From contig JBIKUD010000002.1 of assembly GCA_044347745.1 (NCBI GenBank), positions 21,764 through 85,763 of the forward strand: 64,000 nucleotides of DNA, written 5' to 3'. Shown one piece after another: positions 58,930 through 64,000 of this stretch. The DNA comes from Bdellovibrionota bacterium (GTDB taxonomy: Bacteria; Bdellovibrionota_C; UBA2361; JAFLCA01). Each line of letters opens with the position of its first letter. Within the stretch, counting starts at the first letter, position 1. A program made the position numbers and the translations under genes. The notes below the pieces were generated by a model that had not been told where the DNA came from, ran no database searches, and worked only from the letters and a program-made list of their open reading frames with translations.

Positions 58930-60393
58930 ATGTCCCCCGCTTCAGCGCTTAGCAAAAGTCCCATCCATCGTAAGACCAAAATTATTGCAACCATCGGTCC
59001 AGCGTCACGCTCACCCGAGGTGCTTAAGCAGCTTATTGAAGCGGGCGCCAATGTGTTTAGGCTCAATTTTTCACATGGTTCGCATGAAGAGCATTTGCAA
59101 TCGCTGCAAACCATTCGTCAAGTTTCCTCTGCCTTGCAATGCCCAGTTGCGGTGCTGCAAGATCTTTCTGGTCCCAAAATTCGCATTTCAAAAGTGAAAG
59201 AAGATTTTGTAACCCTGAGTGACAACGCCAAAGTTACTCTCAAGTATTCCGCCGATACCTTAAGCTGCGCCGACACCATTTATGTAGAAGGCCTCAATCC
59301 GGTGGACGTGATGCAAGTGGGTCAGCAGGTGCTCTTAGCTGACGGCATTCTTGAGTTTCGGTCCACCGCTGTTAGTAAAGACGGAGTGGAATGCTTAGTT
59401 GTCAAAGGTGGACGGCTGCGTTCGCGAGTTGGCATTGCGTTTCCGGACAGCGCCGTAAATCTGCCTGCAACCACTGATAAAGATATTGTCGATTTACAAT
59501 GGGGCATTGAAAACGAAGTTGATTATGTGGCTGTGTCTTTTGTAAATAACGCCGCCGACATTAAGCGCCTGCGCGAAATTAATAAACGCGAAGGCGGCGA
59601 TGTGCGCATTATCGCAAAGATAGAGCGTAAAAGCGCTCTTGAGAACATAGCAGAGATCATGGACACCTCTGACGGCATCATGGTTGCACGCGGAGATCTG
59701 GGCCTTGAGTTACCCATAGAGCGTCTGCCATTGGTACAAAAGCAGCTCATTGAACAAGCAAATTACCGCGGCATCCCTGTTATTGTAGCCACGCAAATGC
59801 TGCACTCAATGATCACTTCCATACGCCCCACTCGTGCTGAAGTATCCGATATTGCCGCAGCAGTAATGAGCGGAGCCGACGCCGTTATGCTTTCAGAAGA
59901 AACCGCCATTGGGCAGCATCCTGCTGAATGCGTGAAGTATTTAAGCAAAATTGCTGTGGAAGCTGAGCGTTCATTTGCCTTTGAAGAGTATAAATTACGT
60001 CTCCGCGATGCTGACCGAGCTACGGTGCCAGATGCTGTGGCCTATGCTGCCTGTGCGGCTGCGGTAAAAGTGCAGGCCAGCGCCCTCATTGCCTGCACCG
60101 AAACGGGAACTTCTGCGCGGCTTGTGGCCAAGTATCGGCCTCAGCAGCCAGTGTATGGAGTGTCCAGTAGCCCTTGTACGTTGCAGCGTATGTGTTTGTA
60201 TTGGGGAATTCAGCCAATCCCATCCTCGCCAACACGCAGCCACTACGACGAGATTGAAGGGGCTATGCGCATTGTGCAATTACGTGAGGACTTGCCCAAT
60301 GGAAGCCTTGCAGTCATTACTGGTGGTGTGGCAGTACACACCCCTGGTGGAACCAGCGTACTTGAAATTCGAGAGCTTTCGTTTAGAGATTAA
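58930..60393 (+). CDS. pyk: Pyruvate kinase
   Basis: RKTKIIATIGPAS, RLNFSHG, DLSGPKIR, IIAKIE, MVARGDLG, ATQML, PTRAEVSD, DAVMLS. Confidence 0.97.
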   Translation: MSPASALSKSPIHRKTKIIATIGPASRSPEVLKQLIEAGANVFRLNFSHGSHEEHLQSLQTIRQVSSALQCPVAVLQDLSGPKIRISKVKEDFVTLSDNAKVTLKYSADTLSCADTIYVEGLNPVDVMQVGQQVLLADGILEFRSTAVSKDGVECLVVKGGRLRSRVGIAFPDSAVNLPATTDKDIVDLQWGIENEVDYVAVSFVNNAADIKRLREINKREGGDVRIIAKIERKSALENIAEIMDTSDGIMVARGDLGLELPIERLPLVQKQLIEQANYRGIPVIVATQMLHSMITSIRPTRAEVSDIAAAVMSGADAVMLSEETAIGQHPAECVKYLSKIAVEAERSFAFEEYKLRLRDADRATVPDAVAYAACAAAVKVQASALIACTETGTSARLVAKYRPQQPVYGVSSSPCTLQRMCLYWGIQPIPSSPTRSHYDEIEGAMRIVQLREDLPNGSLAVITGGVAVHTPGGTSVLEIRELSFRD

Positions 60394-60411
60394 CTGATAG
60401 GAAAAAGAAGT

Positions 60412-61107
60412 ATGGGCCTTCAAAACTTTATTTCCGAGCAAGAGGCAACTCGTTTAACGGGTATGTCGGTTTCAACCTTGCAACGTTTTGCTGAGGCGGG
60501 CTATTTGCAAATTGAGACCGATACCGATGGCTTGCGGCTCTTTTCGCAAGATGAGCTTGCTCAGATATTTGGCATTCGCGGCGATTCAAAACGAAGCCCT
60601 GAAGGCTTAGGCGCAAAGCCACGTAGCCAAACTGCCCAACCTGGCGCAGAAGCTGCGGCCCGTCCAAGCACCCTAGCCTCATTTGTAGAAACGGTCATTT
60701 CTGAAGAACCTCACGACTCTTCGGCCTCTACGCACTCTTTGAGCGAGACCCCAGCGATGGAAAAAGCAGAGCCTGTGGCAGCAGACCCAGCCCTGCTTGA
60801 AGAGGTGCAGCGCCTACGTCAACTTGTAAAACTTCAGGAGCGCATTCTTGATTTAAAGGAACAGGAAGTAAAAGACCTTCGCGAACAGCGCAACTGGCTT
60901 CAGGCCCGAGTTGAAAAACTTGAAGATAAGAGCGACAGAGACCAAGTGCTCATTTTGACCGAAAGCCAAACGATTAAAACTTTGGTGAATATGCAAAGCC
61001 AGCAAAAATCTTCAGTGCGAAAGGCGCTTGAGTGGTTTGGTTTTGCTGATGCTCCGCAGACACAAAATCAAGGCGAGGCGATTGAAATTCATAAGCGCGG
61101 GCAGTAG
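60412..61107 (+). CDS. MerR-like HTH plus coiled-coil protein
   Basis: SEQEATRLTGMSVSTLQRF...GLRLF; C-terminal heptad repeats. Confidence 0.75.
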   Translation: MGLQNFISEQEATRLTGMSVSTLQRFAEAGYLQIETDTDGLRLFSQDELAQIFGIRGDSKRSPEGLGAKPRSQTAQPGAEAAARPSTLASFVETVISEEPHDSSASTHSLSETPAMEKAEPVAADPALLEEVQRLRQLVKLQERILDLKEQEVKDLREQRNWLQARVEKLEDKSDRDQVLILTESQTIKTLVNMQSQQKSSVRKALEWFGFADAPQTQNQGEAIEIHKRGQ

Positions 61108-61373
61108 TTCGCCGTGAAAATCTGAAAAACGCTTTAAATTGCTGGAAGTTGAGCTCGCTATGTGCCTGATATACTTGCAAGGAAAATGGCATTTCTAGCT
61201 CAATTCCTTGCAATTTTCTAAGCGTTTTTCATTGCGTTCATACTTTGTTCCGAGGCTCGGGGCCTCCCTGCGAGGTGCGTTTAGCACCCCTCCCGCCTAC
61301 GCACAATGCTACGGCGGACAAACAGTCGGCCCACGAGCCTCGCGCCTCGTCTGAACGCATTTTGACGGCGAAC
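61107..61373. repeat. Large multi-branch palindromic element
   Basis: Terminal IR GTTCGCCGTGAAAAT/ATTTTGACGGCGAAC enclosing several nested stems and one REP-like unit (61292-61320). Confidence 0.7.
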
Positions 61374-61436
61374 AGAAAATCCAAGCACCCGTGTTAATAA
61401 TGCGCCTCTGGGAAAACGGACCTCTTCACATTGATC

Positions 61437-61470
61437 AAAGAAAAGGGGCTCATTTGAGCCCCTTTTCTTT
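61437..61470. terminator. Bidirectional intrinsic terminator
   Basis: AAAGAAAAGGGGCTCA-TT-TGAGCCCCTTTTCTTT. Confidence 0.85.
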
Positions 61471-61493
61471 TGATTTGCAGATTCAACTAACTA

Positions 61494-62255
61494 TTAGTTT
61501 GTTGCTGACTCTACACTTACTTCCACTCGGCGATTAACTGCGCGAGCCCAATCTTCTTGGTCAGCAAGAAGTGGCTGCGACTCACCAAAGCTGATGGTCG
61601 AAAGACGATCTGCTGGTACGCCAAGAGCTACAAGTTCTTGACGAAGAGCATCGGCGCGATCCATTCCAAGCTTTTGGTTATAGCCATCATCACCTTTGAA
61701 ATCTGCATGCCCTTGAAGCACAACTTTCAGGCCGGGCTCTTTCTTTAAAAGAGCGGCAAGCTGATGTGCACGGCCACGACCAAGGTCGTTCAAGGCGCGC
61801 TTGTCGAAATCAAAGTTTACGTCTGGCATATACACCTGACGATCGCTGGCTACTGCTGCGGCAACTGGCTGCCCTTCAACTGCGCTTCCTGTTCCATCGG
61901 TCACAGGGTTGTCGTAGTTAAATGGCATAATGGTGCGGCAATCAGGCGAGCTATCGTCCGCTGAGAAACAATCTGGCTGGCGATAATCAAACGGCTCACG
62001 ATAACCGAACACACTGCGTGTGGTCTCGGTTGAAGAAGCGAAGTAGCTAAAAGGACGGAACACTACTTCACGTGCAAGCCAACCAATTGGGTGCAGCACG
62101 TATGCAGCAACACGCAATGGGTGCGACTCACTTTCGCGATACCGCGGTGAAGAATGATAGCTGGCTAAGCCGTTGTCGGCCGGTAATAGATCCTGCGCAG
62201 ACACCAAACCTGGGCACAGGACCAATGAAACCATGAGGGCGGTTTTCTTTAACAT
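61494..62255 (-). CDS. OmpA C-terminal-domain (peptidoglycan-binding) protein
   Basis: Signal peptide; VNFDFDK, LQGHAD, YNQKLGMDRA, SFGESQP, NRRVEV; exact start uncertain. Confidence 0.88.
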   Translation of the reverse strand: MLKKTALMVSLVLCPGLVSAQDLLPADNGLASYHSSPRYRESESHPLRVAAYVLHPIGWLAREVVFRPFSYFASSTETTRSVFGYREPFDYRQPDCFSADDSSPDCRTIMPFNYDNPVTDGTGSAVEGQPVAAAVASDRQVYMPDVNFDFDKRALNDLGRGRAHQLAALLKKEPGLKVVLQGHADFKGDDGYNQKLGMDRADALRQELVALGVPADRLSTISFGESQPLLADQEDWARAVNRRVEVSVESATN

Positions 62256-62772
62256 GGACATTTTCCTAAGAAAAAACATGACGTTCCGCGATGAAAACAC
62301 GAACCAAGCCCCATCGCAACGGCAAGATTCTATATAACACAGCTATGCCTCCCCTCCTAGCCCTTTGGCCACCTACCAAGGTGCAAATTCTGGGGTGCAC
62401 GGCATGGTAACCATATAAGATTAGGGAAAGGCATTAAGGATGTAGGAATTATCGGATATTTAAAGGCTTGGGAATACCGTAATTAAGGTCTTGTTTTAAC
62501 TAACAAAACAGCTTTGCAGATTCTATAGGATAAGGAGGGGGGCTCCTGTACCTGAAAAGCTAACTGCCTGATTTAAGTCGATTCCTCAACCTGCCGACAC
62601 TCATCTTAGTAATTGTAACGGTTTTCTACCCGTCCCGCTCAGGCTTTGGGGAGGCCATGGGCGATACGCAAATGCAGTTAATTAAGTACGCGCTGTGACT
62701 TGAGCAGATCCTGCGGCATTGGGCCGGCATCTCACTTCAAGGTACAGGTGTATCTTTTTCAAAGGTGGCAAT

Positions 62773-64000
62773 GTGCGCCCATTAAACCGCAACTTCTCTG
62801 CCCCGGTAGTCCTTGGACTTGCCGCGTTGGCCACTAATGCAATTTTGCTTTTCCTGCTTTGGGGAGAAAATCCCCTTCCAGCCGGCAACATCTTCTTGCT
62901 CTGTGCCGCCGGAGCTTTGCAGCCAGCGTACGCCCTTATGGCGGCAGCGCTTGGATCTTTCCCCATCGCCTTTTGGACTGGCGATCTATTCGAAGCCTTT
63001 CGTGTCACCATGTTGTGTGTGGGCTTGTCTTATGCGGCCGCTCGCGCCCCAAAAATTCCTGGCTTCGTGCTCACTGCCCTAGCCTGGGCGCTATGCTTTA
63101 TTCCGCTGCAGCTCTACTGGCACGGACAAAATACAGAAGCGCTGAATTTAAAATTAGCATTTGGAGTATGCAGCGAGACGGTATTCTCCATGATTGCCGG
63201 CGCATTGTTATTAAACACCTCCGTGTGGGGCGCCATTACTCAACGTCCGCGGCATGTAGCCCTTTCAAGTTTGCTTGCTCACTTTTTGGCAATCACCGCT
63301 AGCGTTGTCATGCTGGCCATGATGTCTATGCAAGTGCGCGGGGCCTTGCGTCTTAGCGACACCACCTTTACTGGCTCGCTCTACACAGTCATGGTGCTCA
63401 CGCTTCTCTGCGTGGCACTTCCCTTATATCTTGGGTTTAGACTTGCACGGCGAATTGGAGTTGATTCACAAGAAATTATTGGACTCGGCCACTCCTTGGG
63501 CCGCAACACCACTACCTTTACCAATATTCGCAGAGGCCGGGTGGAAGAACCCTCCTCCTCTTCCGATTTTGTTCCAGGCTCTGGAAAAACCGAAGGAGCA
63601 TTACCCGCTGTTGCCGCAAAAAACCTACCCAGCGGCATTTCATCTGAATTGGGAATTTGCGCGTTAAACCGAAATGGCACTGTTTCCTTTGTAAATCGCA
63701 AGTTTCGTCAACTTGCAGAAATGAATAACAACGAAGTTCTTGGCAAGCGCCTAGATAGCGTTGACATGAATGCAACGCTACGCACCCAAATTCTCGAGCT
63801 CATTGAGCTTACCTTCGCCAAGGGGCCACGCGCCATTGAAGTAAAATTAAATAAATTGCCAGATAAACTGCGCTACTACGAAATAAGCTCCCGTAGGCCA
63901 GATGAGTTAGACAATTCTTCCCTCGGTGACGGGCCAGATAGTGTTATCCTCACAGTTAAAGACATCACCGATCGCCGCACCGTGGAGTCTCATTTGCTGC
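62773..64000 (+). CDS. Multi-TM sensor with PAS domain, probably a histidine kinase, truncated by the window end
   Basis: Missing from the ORF track because it has no stop; open from GTG 62773 (AAGGTGG SD); several TMs; GICALNRNGTVSFVNRKF...TVKDITDRRTVESHLL. Confidence 0.85.
   Translation, partial: MRPLNRNFSAPVVLGLAALATNAILLFLLWGENPLPAGNIFLLCAAGALQPAYALMAAALGSFPIAFWTGDLFEAFRVTMLCVGLSYAAARAPKIPGFVLTALAWALCFIPLQLYWHGQNTEALNLKLAFGVCSETVFSMIAGALLLNTSVWGAITQRPRHVALSSLLAHFLAITASVVMLAMMSMQVRGALRLSDTTFTGSLYTVMVLTLLCVALPLYLGFRLARRIGVDSQEIIGLGHSLGRNTTTFTNIRRGRVEEPSSSSDFVPGSGKTEGALPAVAAKNLPSGISSELGICALNRNGTVSFVNRKFRQLAEMNNNEVLGKRLDSVDMNATLRTQILELIELTFAKGPRAIEVKLNKLPDKLRYYEISSRRPDELDNSSLGDGPDSVILTVKDITDRRTVESHLL

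Overview
Bacterial chromosomal window using the standard code (TGA is a stop). The gene style (sigma54/sigma28 signalling, Wsp-like cluster, orphan lipoproteins, large secreted proteins) suggests a Bdellovibrionota/deltaproteobacteria-like lineage, which is an inference. In order: partial beta-barrel and ArnT-like transferase; an NtrC-type activator with REC proteins and a Wsp-type chemosensory cluster (frameshifted MCP, CheB with catalytic His->Arg and no REC, WspR-like REC fused to a His kinase); a ~9.7 kb block with GCAAC-N3-GTTGC boxes (cysteine desulfurase, CooC-like ATPase, Y4yA-type PLP enzyme, cysteine synthase-rhodanese fusion, COG0523 GTPase, Fur/Zur, small ORF, ABC exporter), the best candidate for an undescribed pathway; GT-C, udk, DUF917, orphan lipoproteins; arsR-arsM-arsC-acr3; sbtA-sbtB with a divergent regulator; two large secreted proteins; an AT-richer accessory stretch (Fic, FAD monooxygenase, AbiE pair with a doubly inactivated toxin); HAD hydrolase, GIY-YIG nuclease in REP-like palindromes next to tRNA-His; dprA, pyk, OmpA and a truncated PAS sensor. 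Several families of structured non-coding palindromic elements are present, including a three-copy CTAG-ended element that always abuts a TAG stop codon. All calls come from reading motifs by eye; no database searches were run.
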